A stretch of 64,000 nucleotides of DNA, from the NCBI GenBank assembly GCA_965204755.1, contig OZ242011.1:1984001-2048000 (forward strand), given 5' to 3'. This document shows, piece by piece, positions 30,190-40,222 of the stretch. A model generated the notes under the pieces. That model worked only from the letters and a program-made list of their open reading frames with translations. It was not told the origin of the DNA and ran no database searches. The position numbers and the translations under genes are program-made. The stretch comes from Candidatus Marinacidobacterium sp. GTDB lineage: Bacteria > Acidobacteriota > Vicinamibacteria > Marinacidobacterales > Marinacidobacteraceae. Positions within the stretch are counted from its first letter, which is position 1, and every line of letters starts with the position of its first letter.

Positions 30190-33100
30190 CCAAGAAGAAC
30201 CGGCCGACGCCGTGGCGCGAACTGGTGCATCTCAAGGAGGAACTGCGCTCCGGGGAACTCGCGCTGGCGGAATTCGCGGCCGACCTCCACGATGTGGTGA
30301 CCGCTTCGGGAAAGCGCCGCCTCTACGAGGACCCGGCGGAATTCTTCGCGCTCACCTACCTCACCCACCCGCTGCGGGAACTCGCGAAGGATGTCGCGCT
30401 CCGGCTCGCCGGGAAGAGCGACAAGGCGGTCCGGCAGTTGGAGTTGACCTACGGCGGCGGGAAGACCCACACGCTGATCACGCTCTACCACCTCTTCGGC
30501 TCCCCCCGCGAACTCCCCGACCTGCCGGCGGTGCGGGAATTCCGCGAGCACCTCGGCGAAACCCCGCCGCGCGCGTTCGCCGCCGCACTCTGCTTCGACA
30601 AGATCGACGCCGAGAAGGGGATCGACGGCGCGCGCGCCCCCGACGGCGCCGAGCGCTCGCTGAAGCACCCGTGGAGCGTCCTCGCCTACCAACTCGCCGG
30701 CGACGACGGACTGCGGGCGATCCACGCCGACGGCAAGCCCGAAGAACGCGAAACCCCGCCGGCGGAACCGCTGCTGGCGAAACTCCTGGAATCTCCGCGC
30801 GAACGCGGTATCCCTTCGACGCTGGTGCTGGTGGACGAGGTCCTGATGTACGCCGGCGAGAAGGCCGAACTCGATCCGGTCTGGGAATCGCGGCTCACCA
30901 ACTTCTTCCAGCACCTCTCGCAGGCGGTCGGCCGGGTGGACACCGCGGCGCTCGTCGTCTCGCTGCTGTCGAGCGATCCCACGAAGGCGCAGGGAGACGC
31001 CGCCGAAGGAGTGATTCGCGCCATCTCCGGCATCCTCCGGAGGACGCGGGACGAAGGCGTGGAGCCGGTCGGGAAGGAGGATGTGCCGGAGATCCTGCGC
31101 CGCCGCTTCTTCCCGCCGGACGACTTCCGCGACCTCGACGCCCACCGTCCGCAGGCCATCGCGGTGGCGCGGAACCTCACCGCGCTCGAATCCGATACCA
31201 AGAAGACCCGTCAGGCCACCGAAACCCGCCTGCTCGACAACTTCCCCTTCCACCCCGACCTCACCGATGTCTTCTACGGCAGGTGGACGCAACTCTCCGG
31301 CTTCCAGCGCACGCGCGGCATCCTTCGCGTGCTCGCTTCCGCCATGCGGCAAGCGGAGGAATGGGACAACGCGCCGCTGATCGGCCCGTCCGCGTTCCTC
31401 TCCGCTCCGGGCGCCTCGGGCCTCTCCGAATCCGTGCGGGAACTCGCGGACATCGCGACCAAGGAACCGGGGGACCGCTCGTCCGACTGGGCCGCGCTCC
31501 TCGCCACCGAGTTGGAGAAGGCGCGGCAGGCGCAGGACGAAACTCCGGCGCTGCTCGAAGGGCGCGAAATCGAACAGGCGGTGCTCGCCGTCTTCTTCCA
31601 CTCGCAGCCCGCCGGCCGGAAGGCCGGGACGCCGGACCTGCTGCGCCTCATCGGGAGCGGCGGCGCGAACCGGATCGAGTTGGAGAAAGGACTCCGGCGG
31701 TGGCGGCAACTGTCGTGGTTCCTCGACGACGAGGACACCGGACTCGCCGCCGCTTCGGACGAGATTCCCCGGTCCTGGCGGCTCGGCAACCGCCCGAACC
31801 TGCGGCAGATGCACGACGAGGCGGTGCGGCGGATCAGCGGCGATTCCGTGCGGGCGCGGCTGCTCGAGGGAATCAAGAAGGCGAAGAAGGCGCTGACCGA
31901 GGGCGCGCAGGGTGCGGGCGCCGTCGTCCACCTGCTCCCGCCCGCGCCGAAGGATGTCGCCGACGACGGCAAGTTCCGGTTCGTGGTGCTCCCGCCGGAG
32001 GCGGTGTCCGACTCCGGGAAGCCGAGCCGGACGGCGCGGCGGTTCCTCGAAGAGACCACCGGCGCGGAACGGCCGCGGGCGCACCGGAACGCGGTCCTGC
32101 TGGTCGTCCCCGGGCGGGACGGCCTGCTGTCGGCGGAGTTGGCGGCGCGGACGCTCCTCGGCTGGGAGGAAGTCGAGCGCGAGTTGTCTTCCCACGCGGT
32201 GGACCCCGCCCAGAGGGAGCGGCTCCGGGCGAGGCTCGGGGAAGCGCGCCGGAACCTCCCGGGCCAGGTGCGGCAGGCCTACTCCGTCGTCGTGACGCTG
32301 GACGAAGACGGGAAGGTCGCGGCGTTCCGGCTGCCGGGTTCCGCCGAGCCGCTCTTCCGGCAGATCCGGGACGACCGCCGGTCGCGCGTCCGCGACCAGG
32401 AGGTGAACTCGGCGGCGCTCATGCCGGACGGGCCGTACGACCTGTGGCGCGAGGGGGAGGACGCGCGGCCGCTCAAGGACATCGTGGGGTCGTTCTCGCG
32501 GTTGCCCCGGATGCCGAAACTGCTGCGGCCGGAACTGGTGGTGGATACGGTGATGCAGGGCGTGGAGAACGGCCGCTTCGCGGCGCGGCTGCGGCGCCCC
32601 GACGGCACGGCGCGCACTTGGTGGCGCGAGCCGGTGGACGCGGCTTCGCGCGAGGACGCGCTGGAGATCGTCCTCCCGGAGAAGGCGGAGTTGAGCGAAC
32701 TCGCGCCGGGGCTGCTCGCGCCGGGGGTCCTGCCCGACCTGTGGAGCGGGGAGGGGCCGGGCACGCTCCTGCGGTGGGACGACCTGCTCGCGTACTTCGC
32801 GGGGGGGCGCGCCGCGCCGATTCCCGGCGAAGAGCCGGTGTTCGTTCCCCGGTGCGGGGAGTCGGAGGTCGCGGCGGCGGCGGCCGCGGCGGTGGAGGAC
32901 GGGACGGTCTGGCTGGACGGCGGGGCCTACTCGCTGTGGAAGGAGCCGGTTCCGGCGGGGGCGTTCCGGTCGGGGGCGGCGCTGCGCCCGCCGCCGCGGA
33001 AGTTGGAGCCGGCGGAGATCGGGGAGGACGGGCTGCCCGCGGCGTGGGAGAACGGGGCGACCACCGGCGCGGCGCTGCTCCGGGCGGCGTCCCACGAGTC

Positions 33101-33485
33101 GCGGCAGTCGCTCCCGTGGGGCGTCCTGCGGGACTCGATCCGGGGCGCGGTGGACGCCCGCTGGCTGAAGTTGAGCGACGACAGCGGCCCGGTGGACTGC
33201 GATGTGGACGCGGCGGCGCTGCTGCGGCTGACGCGGCCGTCGCGCCGGGAGGGGCCGCCGGTGCCGCCGCCGATCCCGCCGGGGCCGATCGCAGCCGGCG
33301 CGGAGTTGGACGACGCCCAATTCATGGACCTGGCCGAGAAGGTGGGCGATCTCCGGTCGGCCAGCGCCGGCCACGAGTTGCGCTTCGAGGTGCGCGTCTC
33401 CGTCGCGGAGGACGCTCCCGCTGCGGTGCGCGCGGAGATCGACCGCCTGCTGGGCGAGATCTCGGAGGCCCTGAAAACCGGCTGA
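30186..33485 (+). CDS. DUF499 AAA+ ATPase
   Basis: PWRELV, EFAADL, FFALTY, LTYGGGKTH, VLVDE, ILRRRFF, FPFHP, FQRTRGILR. Confidence 0.9.
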   Translation: MTKKNRPTPWRELVHLKEELRSGELALAEFAADLHDVVTASGKRRLYEDPAEFFALTYLTHPLRELAKDVALRLAGKSDKAVRQLELTYGGGKTHTLITLYHLFGSPRELPDLPAVREFREHLGETPPRAFAAALCFDKIDAEKGIDGARAPDGAERSLKHPWSVLAYQLAGDDGLRAIHADGKPEERETPPAEPLLAKLLESPRERGIPSTLVLVDEVLMYAGEKAELDPVWESRLTNFFQHLSQAVGRVDTAALVVSLLSSDPTKAQGDAAEGVIRAISGILRRTRDEGVEPVGKEDVPEILRRRFFPPDDFRDLDAHRPQAIAVARNLTALESDTKKTRQATETRLLDNFPFHPDLTDVFYGRWTQLSGFQRTRGILRVLASAMRQAEEWDNAPLIGPSAFLSAPGASGLSESVRELADIATKEPGDRSSDWAALLATELEKARQAQDETPALLEGREIEQAVLAVFFHSQPAGRKAGTPDLLRLIGSGGANRIELEKGLRRWRQLSWFLDDEDTGLAAASDEIPRSWRLGNRPNLRQMHDEAVRRISGDSVRARLLEGIKKAKKALTEGAQGAGAVVHLLPPAPKDVADDGKFRFVVLPPEAVSDSGKPSRTARRFLEETTGAERPRAHRNAVLLVVPGRDGLLSAELAARTLLGWEEVERELSSHAVDPAQRERLRARLGEARRNLPGQVRQAYSVVVTLDEDGKVAAFRLPGSAEPLFRQIRDDRRSRVRDQEVNSAALMPDGPYDLWREGEDARPLKDIVGSFSRLPRMPKLLRPELVVDTVMQGVENGRFAARLRRPDGTARTWWREPVDAASREDALEIVLPEKAELSELAPGLLAPGVLPDLWSGEGPGTLLRWDDLLAYFAGGRAAPIPGEEPVFVPRCGESEVAAAAAAAVEDGTVWLDGGAYSLWKEPVPAGAFRSGAALRPPPRKLEPAEIGEDGLPAAWENGATTGAALLRAASHESRQSLPWGVLRDSIRGAVDARWLKLSDDSGPVDCDVDAAALLRLTRPSRREGPPVPPPIPPGPIAAGAELDDAQFMDLAEKVGDLRSASAGHELRFEVRVSVAEDAPAAVRAEIDRLLGEISEALKTG

Positions 33486-33579
33486 CGCCGGGGCGTCGGC
33501 GCGCGCGGCGGAGGCCGTTCCGGCGGGGCCGCCGAGTTACCATCCGCGCCCGGCCGGGCAGCCGGACCCGTCAGGCGCA

Positions 33580-33666
33580 GGAGAGGTGCTGGAGTGGCTG
33601 AACAGGGCTGCCTGCTAAGCAGTTGCGCGGGCAACCGCGCCGAGGGTTCGAATCCCTCCCTCTCCG
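33580..33666 (+). tRNA. tRNA-Ser (anticodon GCT)
   Basis: GGAGAGGTGCTGGAGTGG..GCTGCCTGCTAAGCAGT..variable arm..GGTTCGAATCCCTCCCTCTCCG. Confidence 0.95.
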
Positions 33667-33695
33667 CCGCCCGTTTGCGCACTACTCCGGGATTC

Positions 33696-36581
33696 GTGGC
33701 GAGCAGTTCGAGATTGCGGTCGTTCTCGTTGCCGAGGCTTCTCGCGTTCGGGCTCGCCGGCGCTCTCGCGCTCTCGGCGCCCGCGTTCGCGCAGCCCACC
33801 GGTGGGGTCGGCGGGGTGGTGGAGGACGCGACCGGGGCGGTGTTGGCGGGGGCGCGGGTCACGCTGGTGGAGACGGGCCGCGGGCTCTCCCGCGCCCAGG
33901 CCGCCGGGGCGAACGGGCGGTTCGGGTTCGCGGGGCTTCGGCCGGGGCGCTACGCGGTGTCCGCCGCGCATCCGGGGTTCGCGGAGGGGGCGCCCGTCGA
34001 AGTGCTGGTGGAGGCGGGGTCGGCGCCGGAGGTGGTGTTGCGGCTCTCGCTCGCCGGGGTCACGGAAAGCGTCGTCGCGGAGGGGGCGCGGCGGCCGCTG
34101 GACATCCGGGGGACCGGGGTGCGGGAGACGGTGGATCGGGCGGTGCTCGACGACCTGCCGAACGGGCGGGACATCTGGACGGTGCTCGAACAGACGCCGG
34201 CCGTCCTCATGAACAAGGTGAATGTGGGCGGACAGGAGAGCGGGCAGCAGTCGCTCTTCTCCGCCGCCGGTTCCGCCTGGACGCAGAACCAGTACTACCT
34301 GAATGGCGTGAATGTGACCGACCCGGCCGCGATGGGGGCGTCGCTCACCTACTACGCGTTCGACAGTTTCGAGGAAGTCGAGGTTTCGACCGCCGGGCAC
34401 CGAGCCGAGATCCAAACGCCCGGCGTCTTCCTGAACATCGTCGCCAAACGGGGCGGCAACGACTTCGCCGGAGGCGGCAGCGTGTTCTACGAACACGAGC
34501 GGTTCCAGGCGCAGAACCTGGACGACCGGCTCCGCGCCAGAGGCGTCGGGCAGGCGAACCGCCTGAAGGCGCTGCTCGACTGGTCGTTCGATCTCGGCGG
34601 GCCGATCCGGCGGGAACGCGCCTGGTTCTACCTGAACCGGTCGCGGGTGAAGATCGAGCCGTACTTGCCCGGTTTCTTCCTCGAGAGCGGCGAGCCCGGA
34701 GTGGACCTCACCCAACTCGACAACACGCTCGCCCGGGTGAGCGTCGAAGTGGCCGACGGGCACGAAGTCGGCCTCTTCTACTTCCGCAACGACAAGTTCC
34801 GGCCGTACCGGGGCGCCGGGCTCTTTCGTCCGGCGCCGCAGACGACCTTCTACCAGGACTCGGTGAGCGCGCTCGGCCAGTTGAACTGGTCGGCGGTGCT
34901 CGGGGAGTCCGCGCTCGTCGAAACCCGTTTCAGCCTGCTCGACCTCGACTTCCCCTACGGGCAGCAGCCGGACGCGGAACCCGCCGTTTCCCGCTGGGAA
35001 CTGAACACCGGGGTATGGCGCGGCGGTTCCGGAGCGAACATCCACTACGAGCGGAACCGCTACCAGGCGAGCGGGACGGCCACCGTATTCCGGGACGGCC
35101 TGTTCGGCGCGACGCACGAGTTCCGCGCCGGTTTCGAGTTCAGCCACAACCCGGCGCGAACCACGCGCAACCTCCACCAGGCCATCGTCTATACCCACGA
35201 CCGCGTCCGCCCCATCGAAGTGACCCTCTACAACGATCCCGTCGTGACCCGGAACCGGACGCGCAACCTCGGCGTGTTCGTCCAGGACAGTCTGGTGCGC
35301 GGGCGGTGGGCGTTCGAGATCGGGGCGCGCGCCGACTGGTGGGGCGGCGGGTTCCCCGACCAGACCAACGAACCCGGCCGGTGGAGCGCGGTGTTCGAGT
35401 CACTCGGCGTCGGCCGCCGCACCGACGGGAACCCGTCCGTCGTCTCCTGGTTCGGGATCGCGCCGCGGGTCGGCGCCAGTTACCGGTTGACCGCGGACGG
35501 CCGGACGCTCCTTCGCGCTTCCGCCGGCCGGTACCTCCACCAACTCGCGCTCCATGTCCCGGCCTACGCGAACTCCAACGAGCAGGCGTCCGCGCGTTTC
35601 CGCTTCGACGACCGGGACTTCGACGCGCTGGTGGACGACGGCGAAGTGGACTTCTCGGCGCCGCTCGAGGTCTTCCTGCCCTCGCGCAACGAAGTCGATC
35701 CCGACCTGAAGCAGCCCTACACCGACGAACTCACGCTGGGTATCCACCGGGAGTTCGGCCGGGGCGTGACCCTCGGCCTCACCGGGATCGTCCGGAGCGA
35801 ACGAAACCTCCTGGAGGACACCGATGTGGGCGTTCCGGCGAGCGCTTGGACGCCGACAGCCCACTCCGACCCCGGCCGCGACTTCGTTCGCGGCACGGAA
35901 GACGACAACCCGGTGACCCTCTACCTGCAGGATCCGGCCACGCTGGGGCAGAGCCGCTTCCGCCTCTACAACCCCGGCATCACCGCGAGTTACCGGGGAC
36001 TCGTCTTCGAAGCGCGCAAACGGATGGAAGACCGCTGGCAACTGCTCGCGTCAGTCTCGGTGAGCCGTTCGCGGGGATGGCTGCCGGGCGCCGGCGACCA
36101 GAGCGAAGAAGGAACCGGTTTCCCCGGCGCGCTCTTCAACGACCCGAACCACGACAGCGACCTCCACTACGGCCCGACCTTCTGGGACCGCCCCTTCGTC
36201 GCCCGGGTCTCCGGCAGTTACCGCCTGCCGTGGGGTTTCGCCGCCGCCGCTTCGGCCCGCGCCCACTCCGGCTGGCCGAACTACCGCTCGGTCATCTTTA
36301 CGGAAACGCTCGACGGGCAGCCCTTGCCCCAAGGCAGCACCGAAGTGATCGTCGAACCGCCCGGCGCCGCCCGCTCGCCCATCGTCCCGCTCCTCGACCT
36401 CCGCCTCGACCACCGCCTCACCCTCGGCGGAGCCGTGGAACTCTCGACCTACCTCGATGTGTTCAACGCGCTGAACCTGAACAGCGTCGTCGGCGAAGGC
36501 TCCCGCGACGATTCCTTCGGCGCCGTCGTCGGCATCCTCCCTCCCCGGGTCGCCCGGATCGGTCTCCGCCTTCGGTTCTGA
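33696..36581 (+). CDS. TonB-dependent receptor with N-terminal carboxypeptidase-regulatory-like domain
   Basis: Signal peptide, GVVEDATGAVLAGARVT, plug LPNGRD..YYLNGVNVTD, C-terminal PRVARIGLRLRF; start approximate (must lie after the tRNA). Confidence 0.85.
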   Translation: MASSSRLRSFSLPRLLAFGLAGALALSAPAFAQPTGGVGGVVEDATGAVLAGARVTLVETGRGLSRAQAAGANGRFGFAGLRPGRYAVSAAHPGFAEGAPVEVLVEAGSAPEVVLRLSLAGVTESVVAEGARRPLDIRGTGVRETVDRAVLDDLPNGRDIWTVLEQTPAVLMNKVNVGGQESGQQSLFSAAGSAWTQNQYYLNGVNVTDPAAMGASLTYYAFDSFEEVEVSTAGHRAEIQTPGVFLNIVAKRGGNDFAGGGSVFYEHERFQAQNLDDRLRARGVGQANRLKALLDWSFDLGGPIRRERAWFYLNRSRVKIEPYLPGFFLESGEPGVDLTQLDNTLARVSVEVADGHEVGLFYFRNDKFRPYRGAGLFRPAPQTTFYQDSVSALGQLNWSAVLGESALVETRFSLLDLDFPYGQQPDAEPAVSRWELNTGVWRGGSGANIHYERNRYQASGTATVFRDGLFGATHEFRAGFEFSHNPARTTRNLHQAIVYTHDRVRPIEVTLYNDPVVTRNRTRNLGVFVQDSLVRGRWAFEIGARADWWGGGFPDQTNEPGRWSAVFESLGVGRRTDGNPSVVSWFGIAPRVGASYRLTADGRTLLRASAGRYLHQLALHVPAYANSNEQASARFRFDDRDFDALVDDGEVDFSAPLEVFLPSRNEVDPDLKQPYTDELTLGIHREFGRGVTLGLTGIVRSERNLLEDTDVGVPASAWTPTAHSDPGRDFVRGTEDDNPVTLYLQDPATLGQSRFRLYNPGITASYRGLVFEARKRMEDRWQLLASVSVSRSRGWLPGAGDQSEEGTGFPGALFNDPNHDSDLHYGPTFWDRPFVARVSGSYRLPWGFAAAASARAHSGWPNYRSVIFTETLDGQPLPQGSTEVIVEPPGAARSPIVPLLDLRLDHRLTLGGAVELSTYLDVFNALNLNSVVGEGSRDDSFGAVVGILPPRVARIGLRLRF

Positions 36582-36614
36582 CAGCCGCCCGCTCGGCCGC
36601 GCCGCCCGGCGGGG

Positions 36615-38795
36615 TCAGGGGCCGGGGTCGGGGGTGGCGCCCAAGGCGGCCAGGCGTTCGCGGACTTGGGGTTGGTCGGCGTTCAACTCCAGGGAGCGCT
36701 CGAAGGTGGCGCGGGCGTCTTCCGGGCGGTCGGTGCGGTCGTAGGCTTCGGCGAGGACATTCAGGACGGAGGGGACCGGGGCGCGGAGGCCGATGGCGCG
36801 TTCGAGGTGTTCGACGGACTCCTCGAAGCGGCTTTGGAAGAACCGCGTGAAGCCGAGGCCGGTGGCGACTTCGTGGGAATCGGGGAAGGCCTCCTCCATC
36901 GGTTCGAGCAGCGCCGCCGCTTCGGGGACGCGCCCGGTCTGGAGGTATCCGTGGGCGAGTTTCCAGCGGGCGGCCGGCAGTTGGGGATTGTCGGCGGCGA
37001 CGGCGGCTTCGTATTCGGCCAGGGCCTCCTCGAAACGGGACAGCGCGAGGAACTGGTCGCCGCGCACCATCGGCAGCAGGCCGGGGACCTCCGCGTTGAA
37101 GCCGCGCCGGTACACGAAGCCGCTCCTCGGGACGCCGGCGCGGGGGGAGACCTGGATGCGGCGCTCCCGGCGGTCGAGCACCGCGCCCGTTTCGTCTTCG
37201 AGTTGCGCGGCGAGCCAGTAGTTCCCGCCGACGCCGACATCGAGGGGCAGGCGGGCTACGACGGCCCCGGTTCCCCGGGCGGGCTCCTCGGCTTCGGAGA
37301 GCACCCGGTCGCCCGGGTTGCCGGCGTCCTCGTCCAGGATGCGGAAGCGCACGACCTGACCCGGTTCGGCGCCGAGCACCGGGGCGAAGGCGTGGAGGGT
37401 GTCGCCGAGCGCGAAGACGCCGCCGGCGGCCGGTTTCACTTCGACGCTTCCGATCTGGAAGGTGCGCACCGCGTCTTCGGTCGGGGCGTCCACGAGCAGG
37501 TTGCTGTCGAAACCGGGGATCACATCCACCAGCCGCGCGTCGGCGCCGGCGCCGCCGAGCGCGGCGTCGGAGAGGTCGAGCGTGTCCTCGAAGACGGTGA
37601 ACTGCTGGGCGGCGCGGTTTCTGACGACGACGCTCACTTCATACACGCCGGGGAGCAGCGGCACGCTGTCCTGGTAGGCGAAGGGGGAGGACCGGACCTG
37701 GTCCACCTGGCTGCGGGTCAACTCCAGGAACGCCGGGCGGTCCACCGTGAGCACGGTGACTTCGTCCTCGTTCACCGCCTCCACGCTGATGTCCAGGGTG
37801 GTGTAGAACCGGGTTTGGTCTTCGTCGGTTTCGAGGGTGAAGTTCTGCGGATCGATTTCGACGGTGAAGTGGACGAAGGGCGTGTCCTGCGGGCCGCCGG
37901 TGATGCCGAAGATGCCGCGGCTCTCGACGAAGTTGAACGAGTACTCGGTCGAAACCCGGTCCCGGTACCGCAGCCAGGCGTCGGCGTAGTCGCTGCGGAT
38001 CGCCCGGCGCGGGGAATCCTCGACCCGGGCCATGAGCAGGTCGGTGGCCATCGAGGCGCGCCCGGTGGTCCAGTCGCCCGGCTCCGAGGGATCGAACGAG
38101 AGCGAGGCGTTCGCCAACTCCACATCCACCCGCTGCAGCGCCTCGTAGGCCTGGATGTTCCCCTCCGGGGTGGACGCCTGCGCGTACTGGCCGCGCACCA
38201 GCGAGCCGGGGCCGTCCACGATCGGGTGGTAGATCCGGTACTCGCCGATGTCGTGGCGCTTGAAGAACAGCAGGTAGAAGAACGACGGCAGCCCCAGCCG
38301 CACATCGCCCTGGTAGAACCACAGTTCCGACGAAACGACTTCGTTGTAGCCGTCGAAGGAATGGCGCTCGCGCGGCTCGCCGAGCATGATGTAGTAGCGG
38401 CCGCGGTCGGTGCGCCAGCCTTCGCGGAAGGTTTCGCGGCCGAGGAACTTGTTGGCGTACTCCAGCCGGGCGTAGTGCTCGTCGCGGAACTCGTTCTCCA
38501 GCGTGGCCGGGTGGGGGTCGCGCTTTTGCCAGAAGACTTCGATGAAGCGGTTTCGTTCTTCGAGGGTCTCGAGGCTGAGGAAGACTTCCTCTTCCCGGTC
38601 GGTGATGATGTAGGTGACCTCTTTCTCCAGCCAGTCGCGGTGTTCCGGCCGGAGGCGTTCGAGTCGCTCGCTCTTGCTGAGTTCTTCCTGCGCGGCGGCG
38701 CCCGAAGGGAGCGAAACAGCCGACAGGAAGGCGAAGGCGCCGGCGAGCACGACGGCGACGGGGGCGGAGAGCGCGCGGCGCGCGGCGGGGGTCAT
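36615..38795 (-). CDS. GWxTD-domain protein with C-terminal TPRs
   Basis: FWQKRDP..ENEFRDEHYARLEYAN..GWRTDRGRYYIMLGEP; ATGA-coupled to the regulator. Confidence 0.88.
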   Translation of the reverse strand: MTPAARRALSAPVAVVLAGAFAFLSAVSLPSGAAAQEELSKSERLERLRPEHRDWLEKEVTYIITDREEEVFLSLETLEERNRFIEVFWQKRDPHPATLENEFRDEHYARLEYANKFLGRETFREGWRTDRGRYYIMLGEPRERHSFDGYNEVVSSELWFYQGDVRLGLPSFFYLLFFKRHDIGEYRIYHPIVDGPGSLVRGQYAQASTPEGNIQAYEALQRVDVELANASLSFDPSEPGDWTTGRASMATDLLMARVEDSPRRAIRSDYADAWLRYRDRVSTEYSFNFVESRGIFGITGGPQDTPFVHFTVEIDPQNFTLETDEDQTRFYTTLDISVEAVNEDEVTVLTVDRPAFLELTRSQVDQVRSSPFAYQDSVPLLPGVYEVSVVVRNRAAQQFTVFEDTLDLSDAALGGAGADARLVDVIPGFDSNLLVDAPTEDAVRTFQIGSVEVKPAAGGVFALGDTLHAFAPVLGAEPGQVVRFRILDEDAGNPGDRVLSEAEEPARGTGAVVARLPLDVGVGGNYWLAAQLEDETGAVLDRRERRIQVSPRAGVPRSGFVYRRGFNAEVPGLLPMVRGDQFLALSRFEEALAEYEAAVAADNPQLPAARWKLAHGYLQTGRVPEAAALLEPMEEAFPDSHEVATGLGFTRFFQSRFEESVEHLERAIGLRAPVPSVLNVLAEAYDRTDRPEDARATFERSLELNADQPQVRERLAALGATPDPGP

Positions 38796-40222
38796 GCGCC
38801 GGTGATTTCCCGCAGCGCCTCCGGCGAGGCGTTCTTGCGGGAGGGGCGGATGCCGTGGCGCTTGAGCATCTCGTTGAGCGTCGTGGGTTTCATGCCGAGC
38901 ATCCGGGCGGCGCGCTTCTGGATGCCCTCCGCGCGGTCCAAGGTGTCCAGCAGCACCTGCCGTTCGATGCTCAGGATGTATTCGCGGAAGGACACGCCGT
39001 TCGCCAGCGAGGTGGCCGGCGCGGGGAACGACCGGCCGGAGCGGCTGCGCACCGCGTCCGGGAGGACGGCGGCGCCGAGTTCCCGGTCGGTGCCGAGCAC
39101 CACCGCCCGCTCCACCGCGTTTTCGAGTTGGCGCACATTGCCCGGCCAGGCGAAGTCGAGGAGCACCTGCATCGCGGCGGTGGAAAAACGCAGCCCGGTC
39201 TTCCCGTTCTCGCTCCCGTACTTCTTCAGGAAGTGCTGGGTGAGCGCGGGGATGTCCTCCCGGCGCTCGCGCAGCGACGGGAGGTGGATGTTGATCACAT
39301 CCAGCCGGAAGTAGAGGTCCTCGCGGAACTTCCCCTGCTCCGCCAGCCGTTTCAGGTCGGTGTTCGTCGCGGCGATGACGCGGACATCCACCTTGATGGT
39401 GTCCACGCCGCCGAGGTTCATGAACTCCTTCTCCTGGATCACCCGGAGCAACTTCGCCTGGGTTTCCTGGTGCACCGTCCCGATCTCGTCGAAGAAGATG
39501 CTGCCGCCGTCGGCGATTTCGAACAGCCCTTTCTTCGGGGAGATCGCGCCGGTGAAGGCGCCTTTCACATGGCCGAACAGGTTGCTCTCGAGGAGTTCCG
39601 GCGGGAGGCTGCCCGAGTGGACGGTGACGAAGGGCCGCTTGCGGCGGGGGCTGAGGCGGTGGATCGCCTTCGCCACCAGTTCCTTCCCGGTGCCGCTCTC
39701 GCCGGTTACCAGCACATTCGACCGCGAAGCCGCCACCTGCTCGATCAGCGCGTACACCTCCTGCATCCGGGGCGACTTCCCCACCAGTTCGTCGAATTTG
39801 TCCCGGCGCACCAGTTGTTCGCGGAGGCTGCGGTTCTCCCGCGCCAGCCGGCGCTGGCGGACGCCGTTCTGGACCAGGTTGAGCACTTCGTCGTTCTTGA
39901 AGGGCTTGGTCAGGTAGTCGAACGCGCCGCACTTGATCGCGGTGACCGCGGTGTCCACCGAAGCGAACGCGGTCAGCATCACCACGGAGATCTCCGGGTC
40001 GATCTCCCGGATGCGGCTCAGCACCTTGAGGCCGGAGATGTCCGGCAGCATCACATCCACGATGGCGAGGTCCACCGGCTCCCGGTCGGCGATGCGGACG
40101 CCGTGTTCGCCGGTTTCGGCGATGCGCACCGCGTAACCGGCCTGCTTGAGGAGCGCTTCGAGGATCTCGCGCATCACCTGCTCGTCGTCCACGACGAGGA
40201 TCGTTCCCTTGAGTCGGCTCAT
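38792..40222 (-). CDS. Sigma-54-dependent response regulator (NtrC family)
   Basis: REC domain (VVDDE, DVMLPD), GESGTGKE, GAFTGA, WPGNVRQLEN, C-terminal Fis-type HTH. Confidence 0.95.
   Translation of the reverse strand: MSRLKGTILVVDDEQVMREILEALLKQAGYAVRIAETGEHGVRIADREPVDLAIVDVMLPDISGLKVLSRIREIDPEISVVMLTAFASVDTAVTAIKCGAFDYLTKPFKNDEVLNLVQNGVRQRRLARENRSLREQLVRRDKFDELVGKSPRMQEVYALIEQVAASRSNVLVTGESGTGKELVAKAIHRLSPRRKRPFVTVHSGSLPPELLESNLFGHVKGAFTGAISPKKGLFEIADGGSIFFDEIGTVHQETQAKLLRVIQEKEFMNLGGVDTIKVDVRVIAATNTDLKRLAEQGKFREDLYFRLDVINIHLPSLRERREDIPALTQHFLKKYGSENGKTGLRFSTAAMQVLLDFAWPGNVRQLENAVERAVVLGTDRELGAAVLPDAVRSRSGRSFPAPATSLANGVSFREYILSIERQVLLDTLDRAEGIQKRAARMLGMKPTTLNEMLKRHGIRPSRKNASPEALREITGA

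Noticed and set aside
33594-33695. N-terminal extension of the TonB receptor; likewise ORFs crossing the tRNAs at 4275, 5480 and 52899-53112
   Set aside because: They overlap clear tRNA genes
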